Notes: a model not told the origin generated them from the letters alone. A stretch of DNA of 64,000 nucleotides from Gammaproteobacteria bacterium (GCA_965200225.1 CBDATM010000001.1:1551878-1615877); one strand, 5' to 3'. Numbered from the stretch's first letter, positions 48,079 through 57,873 are shown. Program-made: numbers and translations.

Positions 48079-48594
48079 ATGAACGAGCGGCACAACGAGC
48101 CCTGGTGGGCGGTGGTCGGGCCGGGGGAGGGCGAGTCACTTTGGCAGCCGCTGCCTTCGAGGGGTTACGTGGACCTCAAGCTAACGCCGGAGAATACGCC
48201 CTATGACGGCTTTACTTCGGGCACGCAACTGCTGCCTCCGGGCTGTCATATCCGCGAGCATGGCCATCGGCGCAACCACGAACTGATTTTCGTCCACAAG
48301 GGCAGCGGTCGGGTCGAGATCGAGGGAAACGAATACCCGATTACTGAAGGATCGACCGTGTTGTTCGGCCGGTATGCGCGACATATCGTCGAGAACACCG
48401 GCGACACCGACATGGAGTTGTTCTGGGTGTTCCTGCCGCCCGGTCTGGAGCACTGGTTCCGTGGCATCGGCCGCAAGCGCCGACCGGGCGAGCCGATGCC
48501 CGAAGCGTTCCCGCGTCCCGAAGGCGTCGAGGAACTCATGGAAATGATGCAGTTCGTCCCTCCTGCCAAGCCCCCTGTTGACTCGGAGAAATAA
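48079..48594 (+). CDS. Cupin domain protein
   Basis: REHGHRRNHELIFVHKGSG motif 1, LFGRYARHIVEN motif 2. Confidence 0.85.
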   Translation: MNERHNEPWWAVVGPGEGESLWQPLPSRGYVDLKLTPENTPYDGFTSGTQLLPPGCHIREHGHRRNHELIFVHKGSGRVEIEGNEYPITEGSTVLFGRYARHIVENTGDTDMELFWVFLPPGLEHWFRGIGRKRRPGEPMPEAFPRPEGVEELMEMMQFVPPAKPPVDSEK

Positions 48595-49550
48595 TGAGCA
48601 TGTCAATCTCAGGCGCATGTCCCGCCCGGTTCGCACGCCCCGCCCGGTTCACACGCCCCGCACGTTTCGTATGTCTCGCCGCGATCGCCAGCGTTGTTGC
48701 GCTTGCCGCTTGTTCGGGCGATTCGCCGCCGGGCGATGCGGCTGGGTCCGACCTGGACAAGGCCGCCGCCAAGGACGCGATATGGGCGAAAGAGCAGGCG
48801 GTCTACGCCGCGCGCAGTCGGGCCGACCCGCAGTTTTATATCGACAACGCTTCTGATCAATACGTGGGCTGGTCGCCGAATTGGGATGCTCCTGCGGGCT
48901 TGGGTCTGTTGCGAGCGGGCGTTTCCCGGGTGCAGGGACAGGCGCAGGGGAAGGTGCATGAAGAGCTGTCCCTGCAATTCGAGGATATTGCCGTTTCCGG
49001 CAACGCGGCCGTGATCTACTACAGCACTCACCGAACGCGACTGCCCACAGGGGAGGAGGTGGATCAACGGCTCCACATCGCCCATACCTGGGTAAAGGAA
49101 GCGGGCGAGTGGAAATTGCTGGGCGCGCTGGGCCGAGTAGCTTCGCCGGGATACGGTCCGGAAAAGGCCAAAGACGAGATATGGGCGAAGGAGCAAGCCA
49201 TCTATGCGGCTCGCGGCGAGGGTGATCTTCAGTACTACGTGGATAACGCCTCGGAGCACTATATGGGTTGGCCGCCTGGCTGGCCAAAGCCGTCTGGAAT
49301 CGATCAGTTACGTGCCGGCGTGGAGCAGATGCGTGGCCTGGACCAGGAGGAACTTGCCATGGAATTCGGCGACATCACGTTCTCCGGAAACACGGCGGTG
49401 ATTTACTACAGCACCCACCGGACCCGAATGCCCACCGGCGAAGAGGTGGATCAACGGTTCCACATCGCTCATGTCTGGGCGCGGGAAGCAAGCGGGTGGA
49501 AACTTGTGGGAGCGCTCGGTCGAATGGCGACGCCTCCTGAGGATGCTTGA
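48594..49550 (+). CDS. Lipoprotein with two tandem NTF2-like (DUF4440/SnoaL) domains
   Basis: VALAAC lipobox; two ~125-aa repeats each with IWAKEQA, AVIYYSTHRTR.PTGEEVDQR, WKL.GALGR. Confidence 0.8.
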   Translation: MSMSISGACPARFARPARFTRPARFVCLAAIASVVALAACSGDSPPGDAAGSDLDKAAAKDAIWAKEQAVYAARSRADPQFYIDNASDQYVGWSPNWDAPAGLGLLRAGVSRVQGQAQGKVHEELSLQFEDIAVSGNAAVIYYSTHRTRLPTGEEVDQRLHIAHTWVKEAGEWKLLGALGRVASPGYGPEKAKDEIWAKEQAIYAARGEGDLQYYVDNASEHYMGWPPGWPKPSGIDQLRAGVEQMRGLDQEELAMEFGDITFSGNTAVIYYSTHRTRMPTGEEVDQRFHIAHVWAREASGWKLVGALGRMATPPEDA

Positions 49551-49730
49551 AGCCTTGTAGCCGGTCGCTTCCTTTTCGAAGGCCGCGACCTTGACCATGC
49601 CGGCAGCATTGACAGTGTCCAGCGTGTCGCTGGCCCGGTGATCGTCAAGATAGGCGCCGGTGAGGACCTGCGGCGATTGCCGAGTCTGTCGCAATCTATG
49701 CGGCCACGATGCGCTCGACCTTGATCTCCT

Positions 49731-49991
49731 TCATGCCGCCGCCTGACGGCGCCGTTCCTGGGCGAGGTCATAGCTACCCTGCATTCGCACCCAATGATCG
49801 GCGGTTCCCCAGCCAATGCGTTCCAGCGCCAACGCCATTGCCGCAGAAACACCCGCGCGTCCATTCAATAATCGCGATAACGTGATTCGCGAAACACCCA
49901 GCCGGGTCGCGCACTCGCTTACGGTCCAGCCTTCCGCCTCCAGGTTTTCGCGGGCAATCTCGCCTGAGTGGGCCGGGTCGTGCATACGCAT
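49731..49991 (-). CDS. higA: HigA-family antitoxin (XRE HTH)
   Basis: MHDPAHSGEI, LGVSRITLSRLLNG, VSAAMALAL, WVRMQGSYDL. Confidence 0.88.
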   Translation of the reverse strand: MRMHDPAHSGEIARENLEAEGWTVSECATRLGVSRITLSRLLNGRAGVSAAMALALERIGWGTADHWVRMQGSYDLAQERRRQAAA

Positions 49992-50010
49992 GTTGCTTCC
50001 TTATCGTTAG

Positions 50011-50082
50011 TTAGTGGTAGTCGATCAAGTCGATGTCCACCGCCTCGCCGTTCTCAAAGCGGAAGACGATGCGCCAATTCCG
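50011..50082 (-). pseudogene. HigB (RelE-like) toxin C-terminal remnant
   Basis: Minus strand encodes RNWRIVFRFENGEAVDIDLIDYH* directly upstream of higA; in-frame TAG at 50083-50085, no start codon. Confidence 0.8.
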
Positions 50083-50141
50083 CTAGGACCGGTAGGGTAG
50101 GTTATAGTGTCTTCAATGTACCGACAAAGGCACGCTGCATA

Positions 50142-50519
50142 ATGATAATGACCGAGACCCCTTCAGTCCCCTCGCCCGTGTCCTCGTCCAATGAACGAAC
50201 GTGGTCTATCCTCGTGCACATTTCAGCACTTGCCGGGATAGTCTTCGCGTTTGGCAACGTGATTGGACCAATGGTACTCTGGATCATCAAGAATCCCGAG
50301 TCCGAACTCGTCGATCGCCACGGCAAGGCGGCGCTCAACTTCCAGCTAAGTTCGATCATCTACATGATCGGGGCAGGACTTCTCTCGATCGTCGTTATCG
50401 GTCTCCCGCTGCTCATCGGCTACGCGATCTTCTGGCTCATCATGGTGATCCTGGCGACCATTCGCGCGGCGGACGAGCAGGATCCGAACTACCTGCTGAG
50501 CATTCCGTTCGTGAAGTAG
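50142..50519 (+). CDS. DUF4870 family membrane protein
   Basis: ERTWSILVHIS, IGPMVLWI, HGKAALNFQ, three TM segments. Confidence 0.85.
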   Translation: MIMTETPSVPSPVSSSNERTWSILVHISALAGIVFAFGNVIGPMVLWIIKNPESELVDRHGKAALNFQLSSIIYMIGAGLLSIVVIGLPLLIGYAIFWLIMVILATIRAADEQDPNYLLSIPFVK

Positions 50520-50641
50520 GGAGGGCGCGCGCTGGCGCGGCCAGGACGAGGAAGCGCTGCTACTGTTGGGTGCCGTCACGCTGGAAATACTCAGCCTCGG
50601 CATCTCGCTGTCCTTCGTAGCCGTAGCCTGCCCACGGTTTT

Positions 50642-51187
50642 TTACCAGATTCGCGCGCGCCGGAAGTCGGTGAGCTTGCCGGTCTCGCTGATCGCGAGGC
50701 CGATCCCGCGGGTTGGCTCGATCGTGTTCAGGACATGCGCGAAGCCGAAGTACCAGAGCAGCCACTCGTCCTTGTGTCGCAGGATATCGCCGCTGCCGAT
50801 GTGGGTGGAATCGAACGCCTCGGGATCGTCGCTCCAATCCATGATGGCGCCGCCGGCCAGGTGACCCTTGTGTCGTTCCTGGATGATGCCGTCTTCGGAC
50901 TTGGCGAGCGCAATCCGGCCGGTGCCGAACGCCGGGGCCACACCCTCGGGATAGTTGTTGTCGCGGGCGTAGTACCACATCCACCAGCACTGGTCGTCGT
51001 CATTCCAGCGCACCGTCGCTCCCCCGTTCCTGGCTTCGTCGCACCAGCCCTCCGGACCCTTGCCGAGGATCAGGCCGGGCTGCGAGGTTCCGGTCGCTTG
51101 TGCCCAGACGCCGGACCAGCGGCCTGGGAGGACCACGCCTGCCGCGAGGACGCCTTGTATCAGTTGCCTGCGCATCTTTTGGTGCAT
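50642..51187 (-). pseudogene. Tat-exported five-bladed beta-propeller glycosidase-like protein, internally deleted
   Basis: MRRQLI signal; WWMWYYA, IALAKSEDG, AFDSTHIG, WLLWYFG, GIGLAISE blade motifs, but only 181 aa. Confidence 0.55.
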
Positions 51188-51455
51188 AGCCTCACCCCGT
51201 TTACGTTCGATGAAAATCCACAAATGGAATCTACCATCAGGCGTCCCGTTCGCGAAGGTCGGCCGACAGCGATGCCGCGGGCGCGGATGGAGGATCGTCG
51301 GCGCGGGGCGTTCCGGCTGTTTGGGTAGTGCTGTTTCGGCGGCTGGTGGGGTGGCGCGTTTCGCCGGTCGTTCCAGTTCGTCCCCGGGCCCGGGCAGTCG
51401 CTGTTTGCGGACGGTTTTCGGCAGCACGCGACGGCATAAGAAAAGGGCCATGAAT

Positions 51456-51522
51456 GCACGTGGAAGAGCACGTGGAAGAGCACTAAAAGAGCGCTAAAAG
51501 GGCGCTAAAATAGCACATAATA
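51456..51522. repeat. Degenerate tandem array of 10-12 bp units upstream of the HNH gene
   Basis: gcacgtggaaga x2, gcactaaaaga, gcgctaaaagg, gcgctaaaata, gcacataata. Confidence 0.8.
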
Positions 51523-51524
51523 GC

Positions 51525-51553
51525 TTGATTCTATTGGTGATTCATGCTATAGT
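51525..51553 (+). promoter_or_regulatory. Sigma70 promoter with extended -10 upstream of DUF222-HNH
   Basis: TTGATT, 17-bp spacer, TGcTATAGT. Confidence 0.6.
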
Positions 51554-51588
51554 TCGAACTCTGTCAAGGGACTGAAAGGAGCCCCGAT

Positions 51589-53407
51589 ATGGACCTTCAT
51601 TGCACCGCTTCCAACGCCTCCGTTTGCGATGCCCAGCGTCCGGCGCCTGGGCCGGATTCGGGCGAGTTTTCTTCAACTGTAGCTGTCGCTGAGGAGCCTT
51701 CTTCACTCCCAGTCGCTCTTCCCTCACCTCCCGTCGAACTTCCTTCACCGCTCGTCGAAATTCCCTCACCGGCCACAGAGCGGCAGGCCAGCCCGGGCAG
51801 CGAGGAGTGGATGGCCGAGCGAACTCGCGAACAGACCGAGCTCGACAAGCTGGAAGCGCGGATCACCGAACTATGGGGGCACATCAACGCCGCCACGGCG
51901 CAATTCCTGGCGCTGCTGGCGGAATTCGACCGCAAGGAAGGATGGGCTCAGCATGGCGTGGCCAGTTGTGCGCACTGGCTGAACTGGCAATGCGGCATCA
52001 GCTCGGGGGCGGTCCGGGAAAAGGTGCGAACGGCGCGGGCCTTGGAATCGCTGCCCAAGATCAGGGAAGCCTTCAGCGAAGGGCGTCTGTCGTATTCCAA
52101 GGTGCGGGCGGTGACACGGGTAGCGACGGTCGATACGGAAGATGCGCTGTTGAACATTGCCTTGCACGGCACGGCTGCGCATGTGGAGCGTACGGTTCGG
52201 GGTTTTCGCCGGGTGCAGCGGGAGTTGGAGCGCAACGAGGCCCAGGAGGCGCATGAGCGGCGCTATCTGGACTGCCGTCGGGAAGCGGATGGCAGCGTGA
52301 ACTTGGAGGCTTGCTTGCCGGCTGAGTTGGGGGAGATGTTGCTCAAGGCGCTGGATGCGGCGCAGGCGGAACTGGATGAACAGGACCAACAGGACGAACG
52401 AGACGGACGGGGAAAACGTGACGAGCGCGATGAACGCGATGAACGAGGCGAATGCTATGGGGACGTGGAGCACGCCGGGACTTCCGCCGGGGCCTGCGCG
52501 GCGGATGCGGATTCGAATGCGGAGACTGCCGACGTTTCCGCGGAAACGTACGGGAAGCAATCGGCCCGCCCGCAACGCTGTGGCACGGGGGCGGCAAGCG
52601 TTTCCGCGGAAACGCCTTCGGTCAGCGTGAGCCAGAGGCGCGCGGATGCGCTGGGGCATATCCTTGAGCGGTTCCTGGCCGGGAAGTGCTCGGGGTTCGG
52701 CTAACGGCGCTCACGAGGTGGTGGTGCATATCGCCCATGATGCGTTGTGCGATGTGCCCGAGAGCAGCGGAGCGTCATTCGAGCACAGCGGTTGCGTCGC
52801 GGTGGAGACGGCCCGGCGTTTGAGTTGCGATGGGGCCTTGGTCGGCGTGGTCAAGGGCGCCAAGGGCGAGCCGCTGGCGGTGGGTCGGCGCACTCGGGCC
52901 GTGCCTCCGGCGATCCGGCGTGCCTTGCGCGTTCGCGACGGCGGCTGCCGCTTTCCGGGATGCGACCGTTCCCGCTATGTGCATGCGCATCACATTCGCC
53001 ATTGGGCCGATGGGGGAGAGACGGCCTTGGGCAACCTGGTGACCTTGTGTTCGTTTCATCATCGGCAGGTGCATGAAGGGGGTTATGGAGTTCGCGTGCG
53101 TGGGGGAGAGATCGAGTTCCTGCGCCCGGACGGGCGGGTTCTGCCGGCGGCTGGGACGGCGCTTGGGGCGTTTCCTCGGAAACGTCTTTGCCGAAGCAAG
53201 AGCGGGGGCGAGAGCCGAGGCGAGAGCCGAGGCGAGAGCGGGGGCGAGGTCAGGATTCCCTCCCCTGGCGGAGAGGCGCTGGCGGCAAACAACGCGGTGC
53301 GCGGGCTGCGCATTGATGCGGGCACGGCTCGCTGCGGGTGGGGCGGGGAGCGTATGGACTACAACATCGCTATCGACGGTTTGTGTTGGGAGGCGGGGTA
53401 CCGATGA
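51589..53407 (+). pseudogene. DUF222 / HNH endonuclease domain protein split by a frameshift near 52690
   Basis: ORF1 has SCAHWLNWQCG, LSYSKVRAVTRV, QRRADAL; ORF2 continues VVVHI, ARRLSCD, RDGGCRFPGC, HAHHIRHWADGGET..NLVTLCSFHH. Confidence 0.85.
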
Positions 53408-53618
53408 ACTGCTGGCAACAGGTGATCTCTTCTGAAATCGCATAACATTCCGGTTCTGCGGTTTGGCGTTGGTAGCAGCGTTCTGGGGAAGCTTTGACTT
53501 TCAGCGTTGCGTTGCGTTGCGGTGCTTGGCCTCCAGCGGTGCAGTGCTGGGTTCGTGCGTTGTTTGGGGGCACGCTTTGGGTGGCGGGACATAAATAAGG
53601 GGGGCTGGAAGATTCGAT

Positions 53619-55508
53619 ATGTCGTATGACGGTGTTCGCAAGCGGTGGTTGGGCGATCCCGAGGCTTTCTGGGCCGAGGCGGCCGGGGGCATTGACTGGA
53701 CGGAGCCCTTCGCTCAGGTTCTGGACAACAAGGCGCCTGCGGGCCGATGGTTCACCGGCGGGGTCCTGAATACCTGCTACAACGCTTTGGATCGGCATGT
53801 CGATTCCGGGGCGGGGGACCGCGCCGCGCTGATTTACGACAGCGCGATGACCGGCGTGCTTTGCCGTTATACCTATGGGGAGCTCCGCTACCATGTGGCG
53901 CAACTGGCGGGCGCCATGCAGGCCGCGGGGCTTGAGCGCGGCGACCGGGCGCTGATCTACATGCCGATGATCCCGGAAGCGGTCATGGCCATGCTGGCTT
54001 GCGCGCGCCTCGGCGTGATCCATTCGGTGGTCTTCGGCGGTTTTGCCGCGCGCGAGCTGGCCGCCCGAATTTCCCAGGCCCGGCCGAAACTGATACTGAC
54101 CGCCAGTTGCGGCCTGGAGCCCAACCGCGTAGTGGCCTACAAACCGCTTCTGGATGATGCGCTGGCCCAGACCGACCATTCTCCTGAACTCGTTATTCTG
54201 TTTCAAAGGAATGAGTTACGTGCACAACTTAAATCAGAAAGTGAACTGGATTGGCAAGATTTTACGCACAATGCGCCACTCGCGGGATGCGTGCCGGTTG
54301 AGGCCACCGATCCACTCTATATCCTCTACACCTCCGGCACCACCGGGCAGCCGAAGGGTATCGTGCGCGACAATGGCGGGCACGCCGTAGCGCTTCACTG
54401 GTCGATGAAGGCGCTGTACGGGATTTCAGCGGGCGACGTGTTCTGGGCGGCGTCGGACATCGGCTGGGTGGTAGGGCATTCCTACATCGTTTACGGGCCG
54501 CTGCTGGCTGGCGCCACGTCGATTCTTTACGAAGGCAAACCGGTGGGAACGCCCGATGCCGCAGCGTTCTGGCGCGTCATCAGCCGACATGGAGTCAACG
54601 CGCTTTTTACCGCGCCAACCGCGATACGCGCCATCAAGCGCGAAGACCCGGCGCTGGACTACGCGGCGCGATACGACCTCACATCAATGCGGGCGCTGTT
54701 CCTCGCCGGCGAGCGTTGCGACCCGGACACGCTCGAATGGTCCGGCAAGGTCCTGGGGGTGCCGGTGATTGACCACTGGTGGCAGACCGAGACCGGTTGG
54801 GCGGTGGCGGGGAATCTGTTGGGCGAGGGATTGTTCGGGGTGAAGCCCGGTTCCGCCGGCAAGGCGCTTCCCGGCTGGGATGTGCGCGTAGTGGACGAGA
54901 CGGGCGGCGAAGTGTCCGCGGGCGATACGGGATCCATCGTGTGCCGCTTGCCGCTGCCGCCCGGCGCGCTGTCTACGCTATGGCAGGCGGACGACCGCTT
55001 CCGGGAAACCTATCTGAGCCAATACAAGGGCTTCTACACCACCGGAGACGCCGGCTATATGGACGACGAGGGCTACATCTACGTCATGACCCGAACCGAC
55101 GACGTGATCAATGTTGCCGGTCACCGGCTTTCCACTGGCGCGCTGGAGGAGGTTCTGGCAATGCATCCCGATGTGGCCGAATGCGCGGTCACCGGCATTG
55201 CGGACGACCTCAAGGGTCAGGCGCCGCTGGGGTTCCTGTGCCTGAAGTCCGGCGTTGAACGCGACGAGGATGCCGTGGTGCGGGAATGCGTGGCCCTGGT
55301 TCGAGAGCATGTCGGCCCGGTCGCCGCATTCCGCAAGGCCGTCGTCGTGGAGCGATTGCCGAAGACGCGCTCGGGGAAGGTCCTTCGCAGCGTGCTCGCG
55401 AAAATAGCGGACGGCGTGGAGTATGCCTTCCCGGCCACCATAGACGATCCCGCCATCCTCAAGGAGGTGGAGTCGAAACTGCTCAGCGCGGGCATTCGAG
55501 CGGCGTGA
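53619..55508 (+). CDS. prpE: Propionyl-CoA synthetase (acyl-CoA synthetase family)
   Basis: YILYTSGTTGQPKG, IDHWWQTETG, YTTGDAG, RTDDVINVAGHRLSTG, LPKTRSGK. Confidence 0.85.
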   Translation: MSYDGVRKRWLGDPEAFWAEAAGGIDWTEPFAQVLDNKAPAGRWFTGGVLNTCYNALDRHVDSGAGDRAALIYDSAMTGVLCRYTYGELRYHVAQLAGAMQAAGLERGDRALIYMPMIPEAVMAMLACARLGVIHSVVFGGFAARELAARISQARPKLILTASCGLEPNRVVAYKPLLDDALAQTDHSPELVILFQRNELRAQLKSESELDWQDFTHNAPLAGCVPVEATDPLYILYTSGTTGQPKGIVRDNGGHAVALHWSMKALYGISAGDVFWAASDIGWVVGHSYIVYGPLLAGATSILYEGKPVGTPDAAAFWRVISRHGVNALFTAPTAIRAIKREDPALDYAARYDLTSMRALFLAGERCDPDTLEWSGKVLGVPVIDHWWQTETGWAVAGNLLGEGLFGVKPGSAGKALPGWDVRVVDETGGEVSAGDTGSIVCRLPLPPGALSTLWQADDRFRETYLSQYKGFYTTGDAGYMDDEGYIYVMTRTDDVINVAGHRLSTGALEEVLAMHPDVAECAVTGIADDLKGQAPLGFLCLKSGVERDEDAVVRECVALVREHVGPVAAFRKAVVVERLPKTRSGKVLRSVLAKIADGVEYAFPATIDDPAILKEVESKLLSAGIRAA

Positions 55509-55544
55509 ACCAGCCCTCGTTCCTGGCGACGACATAGGCGGAGT

Positions 55545-56897
55545 GTGCAGCGGAGTGCCCGGCCGGTGAATTCACGCACGGGGAAGTTGTCCGGCGAAGC
55601 GTACGGCTGGTACGTCGTCTTCGTTCTTTGCGTTTGCGGAGTTGTGGCCTTTATCGACCGGCAGGTCATCAATCTGCTGGTTCAGGACATCAAGGCCGAC
55701 CTGCTGGTGAGCGATACCCAGATGAGCCTGCTGCAGGGCTTTGCGTTTGCCTTCTTCTATGCGTTGGTAGCGATCCCTCTGGGCCGCATCGCCGATAGCG
55801 TCAACCGGCGCTGGCTGATCACCGCAGGCATCTGCGCCTGGACCGCCGCGGCTGTCTGCTGCGGTCTGGCCGAAACCTATGCACAGTTGTTCGTGGCGCG
55901 GATGTTCGTGGGCGTGGGCGAAGCGGTGCTCACGCCGGCGGGTTTCTCGCTGTTGGCGGACCTTTTCAAACCGGGGCGCCTGGCCCGTCCCATCAGCGTG
56001 TTCACGGCCTCCAGTTTCTTCGGCTCGGGAATCGCCTTGGTGGTGGGCGGCGCCATCGTCAATTCGGTTCAGTCCGCAGGCGGCATCGCGCTTCCGTTCC
56101 TGGGCGCTCTGGAGGTGTGGCAAGCCGTGTTCATCCTCGGAGCGCTGCCTGGCATCCCGGCTGCCATATGGTTTTTCCTGTCGGTGAAGGAGCCCGAGCG
56201 GCGGGCGGCGGCCCATCGCGAGAGCGCAGAGCAGTACCGCCAGGGGTTCCTGCAAGCCCTGCGCTACATTTGGCGCAACGGGCGGCTGTTCACGGCGGTG
56301 TTCGGGGGCATATCCCTGCTCGCTGCCGCGCAATTCGCGCTGGGGGCCTGGATTCCAGCTTTCTTCGAACGCGTGCATGGCTGGTCCGCCGGTGACATCG
56401 GCTACGCGCAGGGGATGTTGTTCCTGGTGTTCGCCACGCTGGGCGTGGTTGGCGCCGGATGGCTGGCGGATGGATTGCAGGAGCGCGGCTGCCGGGACGC
56501 GAACCTGAGGATTGCTACCTTTGCCGGACTACTGGCCTTGCCGGGCGCTGTGGGCCTTGCTCTGGCGCCCTCCGGCGCGCTGGCCGTTGCGTTTCTGGCG
56601 CCTGTAAACCTGTTCGGCGCAGCCCCCTTTGGCGCGGCCGTGGCGGTGATTCCGATGGTCTCGCCGCCGCAGTTCAGGGCCCAGCTTGTGGCGCTGTATC
56701 TGTTGGCCGCCAACCTGCTGGGTCAGGCTGGCGGCCCCTGGGTGGTGGCGCGGCTCACCGACGGGCTGTTCGGAAATGATGCGGCCGTAGGGTGGTCGCT
56801 GATGATCGCGGTGCCTTCGCTGCTGCTCGCCGGGAGCCTGCTGACCTGGACGGGGTGGCGGCCCCTTCGAGCGGAGTTCGAGTCAGGTCAGGACTGA
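55545..56897 (+). CDS. MFS transporter (spinster-like)
   Basis: FIDRQVINLL, GRIADSVNRR, ARMFVGVGEA, 12 TM pattern; start could be GTG 55566. Confidence 0.9.
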   Translation: MQRSARPVNSRTGKLSGEAYGWYVVFVLCVCGVVAFIDRQVINLLVQDIKADLLVSDTQMSLLQGFAFAFFYALVAIPLGRIADSVNRRWLITAGICAWTAAAVCCGLAETYAQLFVARMFVGVGEAVLTPAGFSLLADLFKPGRLARPISVFTASSFFGSGIALVVGGAIVNSVQSAGGIALPFLGALEVWQAVFILGALPGIPAAIWFFLSVKEPERRAAAHRESAEQYRQGFLQALRYIWRNGRLFTAVFGGISLLAAAQFALGAWIPAFFERVHGWSAGDIGYAQGMLFLVFATLGVVGAGWLADGLQERGCRDANLRIATFAGLLALPGAVGLALAPSGALAVAFLAPVNLFGAAPFGAAVAVIPMVSPPQFRAQLVALYLLAANLLGQAGGPWVVARLTDGLFGNDAAVGWSLMIAVPSLLLAGSLLTWTGWRPLRAEFESGQD

Positions 56898-56915
56898 GGA
56901 AATCAGACAGCGCCT

Positions 56916-57797
56916 TCAGCGGGCTGGAAACGCGCTGATCTCGTCGAGCAAGCGGGCAAGCTCACGGTTGTACTCTTCCGCCACGGTGACCGGGCAGAAG
57001 TGTCCTCCTTCCGGCAGTTGCACCCGCACGGCGCCGGGAATCCGTTCGGCGAGTTCCCGGGACATCTCCGGGGGGGTTACGTTGTCGTCCCGCGCGGAAA
57101 TGACGCCCGTGGGGACTCCAATTGCCTGGATTTCTTCGCGCAGATCGTGGCGCATGACGGCATTCAGGCGTCCCAGTTCGACTTCCGTTCCCGGGAAAAC
57201 GTCCAGCCTCTGACGCAGAACTGCCTCCATTCCGGGATACGAACCTTCAAGGGCCCAGGCCGGCGTCACCAGCAGGCTGCCGGAAAACAGGTAACTCTCA
57301 GGGCCGGACTCGAGCAGAATTTTGCGGCGAATTCGGAACAGGTCGGTAAACAATGGAGTGGGGCCTGCCCAACTTGCGCTCAGCACGAGGGAGCGCACGC
57401 GCTCGGGCGAGCGCAGGGCGAGGTGCTGCCCGATAGCGCCGCCGGTGGAGTGGCCGACGATGTGGGCCGCGTCCATGTTCAGGGCATCTATCAGCGCCAG
57501 GGCGTCATCGGCCATCTCTCGCACGCTGCTGTGCATCGGCGCTGCCGGACTGCGTCCCACGCCGCGATGATCGTAGGTTACAACGTGGTAGCGCGGGCAA
57601 AAATACTCGATCTGCTTGCGCCAGAACGTCCCGGAGCCGCCCAGGCCGGGAACCAGGAGCATGGCCTCGCGGCGGCGGTTGTTGCCGGTGCCGTCCCCGT
57701 CGTCCCCGCCGCCGCCGCCGCCGCCGTGTTGCTCGGCGTACAGCCTGGCGCCGTCAACGGGGATTAGCGCCGTGACCGGCGGTTTATGCTGCTGCAT
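56916..57797 (-). CDS. Alpha/beta hydrolase, RutD / enol-lactonase-like
   Basis: LVPGLGG, YDHRGVGRS, VGHSTGG nucleophile elbow, DD acid, GGHF. Confidence 0.85.
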   Translation of the reverse strand: MQQHKPPVTALIPVDGARLYAEQHGGGGGGGDDGDGTGNNRRREAMLLVPGLGGSGTFWRKQIEYFCPRYHVVTYDHRGVGRSPAAPMHSSVREMADDALALIDALNMDAAHIVGHSTGGAIGQHLALRSPERVRSLVLSASWAGPTPLFTDLFRIRRKILLESGPESYLFSGSLLVTPAWALEGSYPGMEAVLRQRLDVFPGTEVELGRLNAVMRHDLREEIQAIGVPTGVISARDDNVTPPEMSRELAERIPGAVRVQLPEGGHFCPVTVAEEYNRELARLLDEISAFPAR

Positions 57798-57852
57798 CAG
57801 ATCGGGGTGCCTGCTGCATCAGAGCCGGTGCCTGCTGCATCAGAGCGGGCGC
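57789..57852. repeat. Three ~21-22 bp tandem units spanning the hydrolase start codon
   Basis: ctgctgcatcag at 57789, 57811, 57832. Confidence 0.85.
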
Positions 57853-57873
57853 AGCGTTTCGCGGGACAGCGCG

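Noticed and set aside
47892-48095. 67-aa minus-strand ORF upstream of the antitoxin
   Set aside because: No recognisable motif or RBS; may be a remnant but cannot be supported
53506-53522. (GCGTT)n pentamer run
   Set aside because: Short intergenic microsatellite with no evident target; expected at low frequency
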